Under the pieces are notes generated by a model that did no database searches, was not told where the DNA came from, and was given only the letters and a program-made list of their open reading frames with translations. Positions 8,672-18,054 of a DNA stretch of 32,000 bases are shown here, in pieces. The number at the start of each line of letters is the position of its first letter. The first letter of the stretch is position 1. The DNA is from Candidatus Kuenenia stuttgartensis. GTDB lineage: Bacteria > Planctomycetota > Brocadiia > Brocadiales > Brocadiaceae. A program made the translations under genes and the position numbers. The stretch spans positions 630,001-662,000 of the forward strand of contig NZ_LT934425.1 of NCBI RefSeq assembly GCF_900232105.1, read 5' to 3'.

Positions 8672-9541
8672 ATGATGCAATTTGGGAATGTTTGCATAGT
8701 CGGTCCCGGTCTTATTGGCGGCTCTATCGGTTTGGCTTTAAGAAAGAGGAATCTGGCAGAGACCGTCATTGGAATCGGACATCAGGCTTCTTCCTTAGAA
8801 AGCGCCCTGAAAATAGGCGCCATAGATGTGGGACATTTAAACGCCGATAATGCAGTCAAAAATGCGGATATTGTTATACTTGCCACTTCGGTGGGTAAAA
8901 TTATTGAGTTTGCAAAACAGGTCATCCCCTTTATGAAAAGCAATTCTGTCCTGACAGACGTAGGAAGCACCAAAAGCTATATCGTCAGGCAGATAACCAA
9001 AGACATGAGAGATGATATTTCTTTTGTAGGAGCACATCCGATTTCCGGTTCAGAGAAAAGAGGCATTGACCATGCTTCCCCGGATCTTTTTGAGGGATGC
9101 ATATGTTTTATAACTCCATTCAACAGCAATAAAAAGGCGGTGGAAACTATTTCTCACTTGTGGAGTTTTCTGGGAGCAAAGGTGGAAAACATCTCTCCTG
9201 AAAGGCATGATGAATTGCTTGCATATGTCAGCCATCTCCCTCACCTTGCCGCATCATGTCTTGTAAATGCTATAGCGGAAGATGACTTAGCCTATGGTGC
9301 AAACGGCTTAAAGGATACCACAAGGGTAGCCTCCGGCGACCCGGAGTCATGGAGGGATATTTTTGGCCAAAACCGTGAAAATATGATAAAGTCAATTGAC
9401 CGGTTTGTGGCAGAACTCACCGCATTTAAAAATGACCTGCTTTCCGGAAATAAAGATATGATACTGAAACGGTTGAAGAAGGCTAAGATATCCCGCGATA
9501 GCATTTTCCATAATAATTCCAGGACGCACGCTAAAGAATAA
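8672..9541 (+). CDS. tyrA: Prephenate dehydrogenase
   Basis: GNVCIVGPGLIGGSIGLALRKRNLAETVIGIG (NAD-binding), VLTDVGSTKSYIV, FVGAHPISGSEKRGIDHASPDLFEG and YVSHLPHLAASCLVNAI motifs. Confidence 0.93.
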   Translation: MMQFGNVCIVGPGLIGGSIGLALRKRNLAETVIGIGHQASSLESALKIGAIDVGHLNADNAVKNADIVILATSVGKIIEFAKQVIPFMKSNSVLTDVGSTKSYIVRQITKDMRDDISFVGAHPISGSEKRGIDHASPDLFEGCICFITPFNSNKKAVETISHLWSFLGAKVENISPERHDELLAYVSHLPHLAASCLVNAIAEDDLAYGANGLKDTTRVASGDPESWRDIFGQNRENMIKSIDRFVAELTAFKNDLLSGNKDMILKRLKKAKISRDSIFHNNSRTHAKE

Positions 9542-9554
9542 GCAGGTGGTTTTT

Positions 9555-12422
9555 ATGCATTCAAGAATAGAAGTTTTTTTAAAGGATGAATATGCAGACC
9601 CGCTTGGGAAAAATGTTATATCAGAAATAGAAACCTTTGGTTTAGCGAAAGTAAAAAGCGTCAGAGTCCGGCAGGTCTATATCTTTTTCGGAAAACTGAC
9701 TGAGAATGAATTAGACACTATTGCCAAAAAGCTTTTGGCAGATTCAGTCACGCAACATTACCTATGCACATCAGATTCTTCTCGTCAAACCCCTCACGAA
9801 CACTTCCATATTATAGAAGTAAGCCGTAAACCCGGCGTTATGGACCCTGTTGAACAATCGGTTATAAAAGCGCTTCGGGATATTAATATTTCAGTTGACG
9901 GCGTTAAAACCGCCCATAAATATATGATTGACGCTTCTGTACCTGCAGAGGCGATACCTGTGATTGCAGCAAAGGTTTTGGCAAATACCAATATAGAAGA
10001 CGTATTTATCTATCCTGAAATACCCAAATACCGGCAAACGGTTTTTAGCGCACCTTTTAAAAAGAAAACCATATCACTTATAAATGCACAAGACGTCCAA
10101 TTGGAAAAAATAAGCGCAGAAGGCCAATTGTCGCTAAACATCCATGAGATGCGTGCAATTCAACAACATTATACCACTCTGAGGCGTGAACCAACGGACA
10201 TTGAATTAGAAACCATTGCGCAAACATGGTCTGAACATTGTGTGCATAAGACCATGAAAGGACGTATCAATTTTAACGGAAAAATAATCGACAACTTACT
10301 GAAAAATACTGTGATGAAGGCTACGGAGGAATTGAATGCCCCTTGGTGCGTTTCCGTGTTTAAAGACAATGCGGGTATTATTGAATTTGACGAGGAATAC
10401 AATGTCTGCTTTAAGGTGGAGACCCACAATCACCCTTCTGCAATAGAACCGTACGGAGGCGCCAATACCGGCATTGGCGGGGTAATTCGGGACATTATGG
10501 GCACGGGCCTGGGGGCAAAACCGATCCTGAATACCGATGTGTTTTGCTTTGGGATGCCAGATACGCCGCCTGAGAAGATTCCTAAAGGCGCTTTGCATCC
10601 AAAGAAGGTTTTTAAAGGTGTTGTTGCAGGGGTAAGAGACTATGGCAATCGCATGGGGATACCCACGGTGAACGGCGCCATTTATTTTGATGAACGGTAT
10701 ATCGGGAACCCCATTGTTTTCTGCGGTACGGCAGGCATTATCCCAAAGAATATGTGCCAGAAAGAATCCCGGCCTGATGATCTTATCGTTGTTGTGGGCG
10801 GGCGAACCGGGCGTGATGGCATTCATGGCGCAACGTTTTCTTCGGCAGAGTTGAATGAGCAGTCAGAACACATGTCAGGCGGCGCTGTCCAGATTGGCAA
10901 TGCAATAACGGAGAAGATGACACTTGATACGCTGTTGCAGGCGCGCGACAGGGGATTGTACAACTGTATTACCGATTGCGGTGCGGGTGGATTATCTTCC
11001 GCTGTGGGCGAAATGGGACAGTATACAGGGGCTTGTGTTTATCTGGAGAAGGTTCCGCTGAAATATGAAGGGCTTTCCTACGCTGAAATATGGATTTCCG
11101 AGTCGCAGGAGCGCATGGTTCTTTCCGTTCCAAAAGAAAAGGAAATGGAGATTATTACCTTATTTAATGCAGAAAATGTTGAAGCGACAGTTATTGGGCA
11201 CTTCACCGGCGACAACATGCTTCGGTTGTATTATCAGTCGGAAATGGTCGGCGAGCTGGAAATGGATTTCCTCCACAATGGCTTGCCACGATTAGAACGG
11301 GAAGCAATATGGAACGCGCCCGGTTTTGAAGAACCATCCCTCCCCGAAAAAGAAAATTATGGAACTGATTTAAAGAAACTACTTTCTGAATGGAATATTT
11401 GCAGCAAGGAATGGGTAATCCGGCAGTATGACCATGAAGTGCAGGGTGGAAGCGTTCTGAAACCGCTTCAGGGTGTGCAGAATGACGGGCCTGGTGATGC
11501 AAGTATTATTAAGCCGGTACTGTGGCGAAACAAGGGCATTATTGTATCAAATGGCATGAACCCCCGCTATGGCGATATTGACCCCTATCATATGGCCGCA
11601 TCTGCCATTGACGAGGCATTACGCCAGATTATCTCCGTTGGCGGAAATTTAAAGCGCGTTGCCTTGCTGGATAATTTTTGCTGGGGCAACACAAATAAAC
11701 CCGACCGCCTTGGAAGCCTTGTCATGGCTGCACAGGCTTGTTACGATATTGCCGTGGCTTACGGGACGCCGTTTATTTCCGGAAAGGATAGTTTGAATAA
11801 TGAATTTATTACAGAGACGGAAACAATTGTTATACCGCCTACGCTTCTCATATCTGCGATTTCCGTTTTGGATGATGTAAGGAATGCCGTATCCATGAAT
11901 GCAAAGGAACCGGGAAATTTAATATATCTCGTCGGCGTGACCCGTAATGAATTAGGCGGTTCGCATTATTACTATATTCATGGGCATAAAGGGAAAAATG
12001 TGCCGGTGGTGAATGCTTTTTCAGGAAAAAAAACCATGAATACCCTGTCGATAGCAACAGCCCATGGCATTGTGCGGTCGTGCCATGATTGCTCGGAAGG
12101 CGGATTGGCCGTTGCAGCGGCAGAGATGGCATTTGCCGGAGGCTGTGGGATGGAACTTAATCTTTCTCAGGCAGTTGTCGAGGGCGAAATAACAAGAAAT
12201 GACACGATCCTTTTCTCTGAAACCAACACGCGATTCCTTGTTGAGGTTAAGCCGGAACATAAAATAGAATTTGAGGCAGTGATGAAAGACGTACCCCACG
12301 GTTTATTGGGCAAAGTAAGACAGGAACCCTGTCTGAAAATTATCGGTTTAAACAATATCACTATCATAGAAGAAGACATTTATGCCTTGAAAGAAGCATG
12401 GCAGTCTCCGCTTCGATGGTAA
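9555..12422 (+). CDS. purL: Phosphoribosylformylglycinamidine synthase subunit PurL with N-terminal PurS-like domains
   Basis: ORF 9546-12422 (958 aa) with PurL motifs (TWSEHCVHKTMKG; VCFKVETHNHPSAIEPYGGANTGIGGVIRDI; GGAVQIGNAITEKM; PFISGKDSLNNEF). About 200 extra N-terminal residues contain two PurS-like ferredoxin-like repeats. The ATG at 9555 is a likelier start than the GTG at 9546. Confidence 0.95.
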   Translation: MHSRIEVFLKDEYADPLGKNVISEIETFGLAKVKSVRVRQVYIFFGKLTENELDTIAKKLLADSVTQHYLCTSDSSRQTPHEHFHIIEVSRKPGVMDPVEQSVIKALRDINISVDGVKTAHKYMIDASVPAEAIPVIAAKVLANTNIEDVFIYPEIPKYRQTVFSAPFKKKTISLINAQDVQLEKISAEGQLSLNIHEMRAIQQHYTTLRREPTDIELETIAQTWSEHCVHKTMKGRINFNGKIIDNLLKNTVMKATEELNAPWCVSVFKDNAGIIEFDEEYNVCFKVETHNHPSAIEPYGGANTGIGGVIRDIMGTGLGAKPILNTDVFCFGMPDTPPEKIPKGALHPKKVFKGVVAGVRDYGNRMGIPTVNGAIYFDERYIGNPIVFCGTAGIIPKNMCQKESRPDDLIVVVGGRTGRDGIHGATFSSAELNEQSEHMSGGAVQIGNAITEKMTLDTLLQARDRGLYNCITDCGAGGLSSAVGEMGQYTGACVYLEKVPLKYEGLSYAEIWISESQERMVLSVPKEKEMEIITLFNAENVEATVIGHFTGDNMLRLYYQSEMVGELEMDFLHNGLPRLEREAIWNAPGFEEPSLPEKENYGTDLKKLLSEWNICSKEWVIRQYDHEVQGGSVLKPLQGVQNDGPGDASIIKPVLWRNKGIIVSNGMNPRYGDIDPYHMAASAIDEALRQIISVGGNLKRVALLDNFCWGNTNKPDRLGSLVMAAQACYDIAVAYGTPFISGKDSLNNEFITETETIVIPPTLLISAISVLDDVRNAVSMNAKEPGNLIYLVGVTRNELGGSHYYYIHGHKGKNVPVVNAFSGKKTMNTLSIATAHGIVRSCHDCSEGGLAVAAAEMAFAGGCGMELNLSQAVVEGEITRNDTILFSETNTRFLVEVKPEHKIEFEAVMKDVPHGLLGKVRQEPCLKIIGLNNITIIEEDIYALKEAWQSPLRW

Positions 12423-12530
12423 TGCGTATGGATGGGTAAGAAAAACCTGTTTTTGACCTGTCTGACTGGAGCAAACATTCACCACTAAGCTGGCTTAGCC
12501 AGAACTAAACAAGCACGAGATAAAAAATGC

Positions 12531-12610
12531 GAAACAAATTCCAAAATACAAAATCCAATGAAAAAAACCGGGTCTTGAATATTTGAAAATTAAAATTTAG
12601 AATTTGTTTC
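12531..12610. repeat. Small inverted-repeat element related to the 24-bp repeat family
   Basis: GAAACAAATTC at 12531-12541 and GAATTTGTTTC at 12600-12610. The right arm continues as CGGATTTC, matching the 6536/8414 arms. Confidence 0.5.
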
Positions 12611-12718
12611 GGATTTCACCATCAAATATTTTGCCAAAAAGCACGCACTGACGAATGGAAGTGTGCGAAGAAATTACTGATACTCCTCTTCATTTGTTAT
12701 TGATTCAAGGTATTTTCC

Positions 12719-13504
12719 ATGAAAACTCCAAAAATCTTAGTCCTTCGGGCTGCCGGAACAAATTGCGACAACGAAACGAAGTACGCCTTTGAAAAAGCTG
12801 GAGCAAAGGCAGAGGTAATTCATATTAACGTCCTGCTGAGCAATAAAAAAATACTGGAGAACTATCAATTATTAGCTTTACCTGGAGGGTTTACTTACGG
12901 GGATGATGTGGCTGCAGGTAAAATTCTGGCAAACCAGATAAAATACAATCTGGAAGATGAAATAAAAAATTTTATTGATGCAAAAAAACTCATTCTGGGC
13001 ATATGCAATGGTTTTCAGGTGCTGGTGAGAGCGGGTTTGCTGCCTTCGTTTGAAAGATTTCATCAGGAAGCAACGTTAACCCACAACGATTCCAATAAAT
13101 TTGAAGATCGTTGGGTGTATTTAAAAATTTGTGCTGACACATCATATTTTATACGCCGGGAGCATGCTCCAATTCTTTATTTGCCGGTAGCACACGGCGA
13201 AGGCAAATTCCTCGCAAAGGACAAAGATGTTTTGGATAAAATAGTGAAAAACCGCCAGATAGTCTTTCAATATGTTGATGAGAATGGGGAAGATGCGGGC
13301 TATCCTATGAACCCCAATGGGTCGGTTCTGAATATAGCAGGCATTTGTGACCAGACGGGGCAAATTTTAGGCATGATGCCGCACCCCGAAAGAAATGTTG
13401 ACCCAACACAACATCCATGCTGGACACGTCAGGGACTGAAAGATTCGGGGGATGGCTTTTTGATTTTTAAAAATGCGGTTCAATATATAAAGGAATTTTT
13501 TTAA
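12719..13504 (+). CDS. purQ: Phosphoribosylformylglycinamidine synthase subunit PurQ (glutamine amidotransferase)
   Basis: LRAAGTNCDNETKYAFEKAGA, LPGGFTYGDDVAAGKILA, LILGICNGFQVLVRAGLLP (nucleophile Cys) and GMMPHPERNVDPTQHP. Confidence 0.96.
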   Translation: MKTPKILVLRAAGTNCDNETKYAFEKAGAKAEVIHINVLLSNKKILENYQLLALPGGFTYGDDVAAGKILANQIKYNLEDEIKNFIDAKKLILGICNGFQVLVRAGLLPSFERFHQEATLTHNDSNKFEDRWVYLKICADTSYFIRREHAPILYLPVAHGEGKFLAKDKDVLDKIVKNRQIVFQYVDENGEDAGYPMNPNGSVLNIAGICDQTGQILGMMPHPERNVDPTQHPCWTRQGLKDSGDGFLIFKNAVQYIKEFF

Positions 13505-13521
13505 ACTTTTACAATAAGTAA

Positions 13522-13594
13522 GAGCGAAGCATTTGCTCGTTTGGGTATGAAAGCATTTATAACAATATACAGCATACAGCAAATGCTTTGCCCC
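13522..13594. repeat. Dispersed palindromic repeat, copy B
   Basis: GAGCGAAGCATTTGCTCGTTTGGGTATGAAAGCATTTATAACAATATACAGCATACAGCAAATGCTTTGCCCC aligns with the reverse complement of 4193-4261. Confidence 0.75.
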
Positions 13595-13659
13595 TACATT
13601 AACAATAGTAAGAAAGCATTACCGGAATAGTATATTTTTTATTGCAAGGAGAAGTAATT

Positions 13660-14130
13660 ATGTCGGATGAAGTAAATTCATTATCATTTAATTTAGACAA
13701 ATGTCATGCCATTCTTTCCCGTGCCGCGTCAAACGATTTAATTCCGATATTACAGGAGATGCAGGAGGAGTACGGATATTTGCCCCTGACGGCAATGGAA
13801 GAAGTGTCGGTGCGGACGGACATACCGTTGAGCAGGATATACGGAGTCGTGACTTTTTATTCGCAATTTTCGCTGGTTCCCCGAGGAAAACATACCGTCA
13901 GGCTGTGCGCCGGCACTGCCTGCCACATAAAGGGCGCCCCGGACATCGGGGAGAAAATAGCAGACGTCCTGCAGGTAAAAGAAGGCGAAACAACACCTGA
14001 CTATAAATTTACCCATAAAACGGTAGCATGTTTAGGCACGTGTTTTTTGGCGCCTGTAATGATGATAGACGACCGCTATTATGGGAAATTGACTGAAGAA
14101 AAAACCGAGGAAATTCTCAAGAGTTATTAG
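13660..14130 (+). CDS. nuoE: NADH dehydrogenase/hydrogenase 24-kDa subunit (NuoE/HndA-like, 2Fe-2S)
   Basis: IPLSRIYGVVTFYSQFSLVPRGKHTVRLCAGTACHIKGAPDI...CLGTCFLAPVMMID has the four-Cys 2Fe-2S pattern. ATG at 13660 preceded by AAGGAGAA. Confidence 0.93.
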   Translation: MSDEVNSLSFNLDKCHAILSRAASNDLIPILQEMQEEYGYLPLTAMEEVSVRTDIPLSRIYGVVTFYSQFSLVPRGKHTVRLCAGTACHIKGAPDIGEKIADVLQVKEGETTPDYKFTHKTVACLGTCFLAPVMMIDDRYYGKLTEEKTEEILKSY

Positions 14131-14309
14131 GGAATTTTAGATTTTAAATGTTAAATTTTAAATTAATTCAGAATTCAACATTTCGGAAGCGAGTTGTGCT
14201 TCGGTAGTTAAATAGATTACACTAAATAGTTACAATATTAAATTAATTTTAATTCAGAATTCAGAATTTAAAATTCAACATTTCTATTAGGAATGGAGGA
14301 GAAGTGTTA

Positions 14310-15962
14310 ATGGAAAAATTGAATAGCATTGATGCCCTGAAAAGGTATAGAAAATCTTTGGAAGCGGAAAAAAGCAGCGGGGAGAAAATACGTATTTTAA
14401 TTTGTACGACAGGTTGCCGGGCGTTGGGGGCCTGGGAAGTGTACAAAACCTTTCAGGCGGAAATTGAGATGCAGTCCCTTAAAGACAGGGTGGAAGTGGT
14501 GGATACCGGCTGTCAGGGATTGTGCACAAGGGCGCCTGTAGTAACGGTAGAGCCAATGGGGGTATTTTACGGCAGGGTCACGGAGAGTGACGTGCATGAG
14601 ATAGTTTCCAGGACAGTCCTTAAGGAGGAAATCATTGAAAGGCTTTGCTGCACGGAAGATGGAAAACGGGTACCCTACCGGAAAGACATATCCTTTTACA
14701 AAAAGCAGAAAAAGATTGTATTAAGGAACTGCGGGGTAATCGACCCGAAAAAGATAAGTGAATACATTTTGAGGAATGGGTATGCCGCCCTTGAGAAAGT
14801 ACTTTCCGGCATGTCCCCTGACAAAGTAATTGAAGAGGTGAAGGCATCCGGTCTGCGGGGACGTGGCGGGGCCGGATTTCCGACGGGGAAGAAGTGGGAG
14901 TCTGCAAAAAATGCCGTGGGTGACGAGAAATATGTTATCTGTAACGGAGACGAAGGGGATCCTGGTGCATTTATGGACCGTGCGGTGCTTGAGGGAGACC
15001 CTCATTCTGTAATTGAAGGGATGTTGATTTGCGGTTATGCTATAGGTTCCGGGAAGGGGATAATCTATGTGCGGGAAGAATATCCTATTGCCGTGGAACA
15101 TGTGAAGATAGCCATAGGCGATGCCCGGTCACTTGGATTGTTGGGGGAGAATATATTAGGGAGCGGATTCCATTTCGATATAGAAGTAAAAATGGGTGCA
15201 GGTGCATTTGTATGCGGCGAGGAGACGGCATTGATTGCTTCTATTGAAGGTGAACGCGGGATGCCGCGTCCGCGTCCTCCTTTTCCTGCGGTAAGCGGAT
15301 TGTGGGGAAAGCCAACGAATATAAACAACGTGGAAACACTGGCAAATATTCCGGTAATAATCCTTGAGGGTGCGAAGTATTTCAGCGCAATAGGAACGGA
15401 GTCGAGCAAGGGGACGAAGATATTTGCACTGGCGGGCAGTGTAAACAATACGGGACTGGTAGAAGTGCCGATGGGAACAACGCTTCGTGAGCTGGTGTTT
15501 GAAATAGGCGGAGGCATACCCCGTCGCCGGCAATTCAAGGCGGCGCAGATGGGAGGTCCTTCGGGCGGATGTGTGCCTGAGCAATACCTTGATACGCCGA
15601 TTGATTATGAATCGGTAAAAGAGGTTGGGGCGATAATGGGGTCCGGGGGACTTATTATCATGGATGAAACCACCTCTATGGTAGAGATAGCGAGGTATTT
15701 CATGGAATTCTGCCAGAATGAATCATGCGGGAAGTGTACTCCGTGCAGGGTAGGTACTAAGCGGATGCTGGAGATACTGACGAGGATAGCAAACGGGGAA
15801 GGGGAAAGAGAAGATATTGGCCTTCTGGAAGAACTGGCGGAAGCAACCAGGACGTCTTCGCTGTGCGGACTGGGACAAACATCTGCGAATCCCGTTGTTT
15901 CTACGCTGCAGTACTTTAAAAATGAGTATGAAGAGAATATCGCCAAAAAAGCATCAGCATAA
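14310..15962 (+). CDS. nuoF: NADH dehydrogenase/hydrogenase 51-kDa subunit (NuoF/HndC-like; FMN, NAD and 4Fe-4S)
   Basis: GLRGRGGAGFPTGKKWESAK, YVICNGDEGDPGAFMDRAVLEGDPHSVIEGM, ESCGKCTPCRVGTKRMLEIL; extra N-terminal 2Fe-2S thioredoxin-like domain (CTTGC...CQGLC). ATG at 14310 preceded by GGAGGAG; the ORF track starts at the GTG at 14304. Confidence 0.95.
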   Translation: MEKLNSIDALKRYRKSLEAEKSSGEKIRILICTTGCRALGAWEVYKTFQAEIEMQSLKDRVEVVDTGCQGLCTRAPVVTVEPMGVFYGRVTESDVHEIVSRTVLKEEIIERLCCTEDGKRVPYRKDISFYKKQKKIVLRNCGVIDPKKISEYILRNGYAALEKVLSGMSPDKVIEEVKASGLRGRGGAGFPTGKKWESAKNAVGDEKYVICNGDEGDPGAFMDRAVLEGDPHSVIEGMLICGYAIGSGKGIIYVREEYPIAVEHVKIAIGDARSLGLLGENILGSGFHFDIEVKMGAGAFVCGEETALIASIEGERGMPRPRPPFPAVSGLWGKPTNINNVETLANIPVIILEGAKYFSAIGTESSKGTKIFALAGSVNNTGLVEVPMGTTLRELVFEIGGGIPRRRQFKAAQMGGPSGGCVPEQYLDTPIDYESVKEVGAIMGSGGLIIMDETTSMVEIARYFMEFCQNESCGKCTPCRVGTKRMLEILTRIANGEGEREDIGLLEELAEATRTSSLCGLGQTSANPVVSTLQYFKNEYEENIAKKASA

Positions 15963-16161
15963 AATGTGAGATGAAATCTGAAACACGAAATACTAAATAC
16001 AAATCCACCCTCTGTACCCCCCCGCTAGCGGAGGACATTCTCCCCCTTTGGAGGGGATAAGGGGAGAGGGTTGAGGAAGTCATATAACAACGTGGAGCAT
16101 TTTGTTATATAAGAAGATTGTGTTATAAGTTTTTAAATTTTTATGATGTTATGCAATATTT

Positions 16162-17343
16162 ATGATTAAAAAACATATAAACAGCTTATCACCCGGTATG
16201 GTGCTGGGTAAACCAATTTATGGAGAGAATTATGAGGTATTGCTAAAGAAAGGCGTTGAACTATCGCAGGGGTATATCGATAGGTTGAAAACAAGGGGAT
16301 ATGCTTGTCTTTACATAGAAGATAAGGATACGGAAGATATTGTTATTAAAGACCCGATTTCTGATAAAATTCGTCTTATGGCAACGAAGGATATTCTTAA
16401 AACTTACAAGGTAACGCAGACAGCCATTGTCGATATAGAAGCGGATACTTCAGAATCAGTTATCCGAAGCATCAATACCCCAAAGGTGAAAAGAACTTTT
16501 CAGGAAAGCCAGGCATTCAAACAAATGGTTGAGAATATTGACTCTTTCCTTGAGGAAATTATGGGACAGGATATTTTGTCCGGTTTGAATTCAATAAAGA
16601 CAGTAGATAATTATACCTTCGAGCATTCTATAGATGCAGCAATAATATCGTTGATTATTGCAAGAAGGCTGTATCTTGACAAAAAAAAACTGAAACAAAT
16701 AGCCATCGGCGAGTTTTTACACGATATAGGCAAGATTTTTATTGACGTAAAGCTGCTTAATAAACCGGGTAAGTTAACAAATGAAGAGTTTGATAAAATA
16801 AAACAGCACACTTCTTTTGGATATGAGTTACTTAAAGATATTGACACTATCGGATATGTATCTGCGCATATCCCTTATCAACATCATGAGAGGCAGGATG
16901 GGAAAGGATATCCGCGTGGCCTGGCGGGGAATAATAAGCTTGATAAGGGAGAAATCACCTATGTAGAGCATGATAAAATGATTATGGGTGCGGAGATTGC
17001 TGCCGTTGCCGACGCCTATGACGCATGTATTTCAGACCGCCCGTATCGCAAGGGAATGCCCCCTGATCTGGTGTATGATCTCATAAAAAACGGCGCCGGC
17101 ACGCAATTCAACGAAGAATTAGTGAATTGCTTTTTAACGGTAATGCCGAAATATCCTGTAGGTTCAGAAATCAAGGTTATACGGGGAATGTATAAAGATT
17201 TTACGGGCGTTGTCGCCTCTGTAGAAATTTCACAAATGACCAGGCCAAAAGTAAAATTATTGTACGATAATAAACAAGGCAAAATCAAACCTGTTGAAAT
17301 TGATTTAAAAAGTGATGCTTCTTTTGAAATTCAATGTATTTAA
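16162..17343 (+). CDS. HD-GYP domain protein (putative cyclic-di-GMP phosphodiesterase) with N-terminal DUF3391-like domain
   Basis: GEFLHDIGKIFIDVKLLNKPGKLTNEEFDKIKQHTSFGYELL, IPYQHHERQDGKGYPRGLAGNKL (HD and GYP motifs), GAEIAAVADAYDACISDRPYRKG. Confidence 0.93.
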   Translation: MIKKHINSLSPGMVLGKPIYGENYEVLLKKGVELSQGYIDRLKTRGYACLYIEDKDTEDIVIKDPISDKIRLMATKDILKTYKVTQTAIVDIEADTSESVIRSINTPKVKRTFQESQAFKQMVENIDSFLEEIMGQDILSGLNSIKTVDNYTFEHSIDAAIISLIIARRLYLDKKKLKQIAIGEFLHDIGKIFIDVKLLNKPGKLTNEEFDKIKQHTSFGYELLKDIDTIGYVSAHIPYQHHERQDGKGYPRGLAGNNKLDKGEITYVEHDKMIMGAEIAAVADAYDACISDRPYRKGMPPDLVYDLIKNGAGTQFNEELVNCFLTVMPKYPVGSEIKVIRGMYKDFTGVVASVEISQMTRPKVKLLYDNKQGKIKPVEIDLKSDASFEIQCI

Positions 17344-17346
17344 GAA

Positions 17347-18045
17347 ATGAAGATCCTTATAATCTCTGATATCCATGGAAATGAAGCAGCATTAAAAGCC
17401 GTTTTGGAAGAAACAGCCGACATGATATTTTGTCTTGGCGATATCGTCAATTATGGGCCATACCCGAAAGAGTGCATAGAAAAAATCCGAAAATTAACGG
17501 ACAAGATTGTCCGCGGAAATCATGATAATGCCATTGGTAAAAACATGGAATGCGGCTGTTCTGAAAAATATAAAGCACTGAGCGATCAAGGGAAGATTTT
17601 TACGAAAACCATACTGGATGCCGGCGAAAAAGAATTTCTTGCAAACCTTCCGCTAACGCTAAATACAGAGGCAGGCGGCGTAACATTCCTGTTGTCTCAT
17701 GGCTCACCCGGCGGAGATATTTACAAATACCTCCGGCCCGAAGTTTCCGATAGTGAAATGGAAGATGAATTAAAAGGCGTGCGGGCAAATATCGTTTTGC
17801 TTGGACATACACATCTGCCTGTGGTGCGTAAGGTAGGTGAGATAACCGTCGTCAATCCGGGAAGTGTTGGTCAGCCGCGCGACGGGATACCCCTGGCTTC
17901 GTATGCCATATGGAAAGACGGCGCCCTGGAGATAAAACGGGTACCGTATGATATTGATGCTACGGCAAGGGGATTGCGGCATACAACGATACCTGCCGAT
18001 CACGTAGCAAGGCTTGAAGAAATTTTAAGGAAAGGCAGGATGTAA
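17347..18045 (+). CDS. Metallophosphoesterase (calcineurin-like, YfcE/MJ0936-type)
   Basis: ISDIHGNEAALKAVL, CLGDIVNYGPYPKECIE, IVRGNHDNAIG, VLLGHTHLPVVRKVG, VVNPGSVGQPRDG. Confidence 0.93.
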   Translation: MKILIISDIHGNEAALKAVLEETADMIFCLGDIVNYGPYPKECIEKIRKLTDKIVRGNHDNAIGKNMECGCSEKYKALSDQGKIFTKTILDAGEKEFLANLPLTLNTEAGGVTFLLSHGSPGGDIYKYLRPEVSDSEMEDELKGVRANIVLLGHTHLPVVRKVGEITVVNPGSVGQPRDGIPLASYAIWKDGALEIKRVPYDIDATARGLRHTTIPADHVARLEEILRKGRM

Positions 18046-18054
18046 TTAACAACG

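Noticed and set aside
9794-12379. Several antisense ORFs opposite purL (e.g. 10296-10826, 176 aa; 11203-11502)
   Set aside because: They lie wholly inside the high-confidence purL coding sequence and have low-complexity, unstructured translations. Shadow ORFs.
15065-15584. Overlapping antisense ORFs (157 and 142 aa) opposite nuoF
   Set aside because: Two competing frames inside a well-supported CDS with no RBS or recognisable motif. Shadow ORFs.
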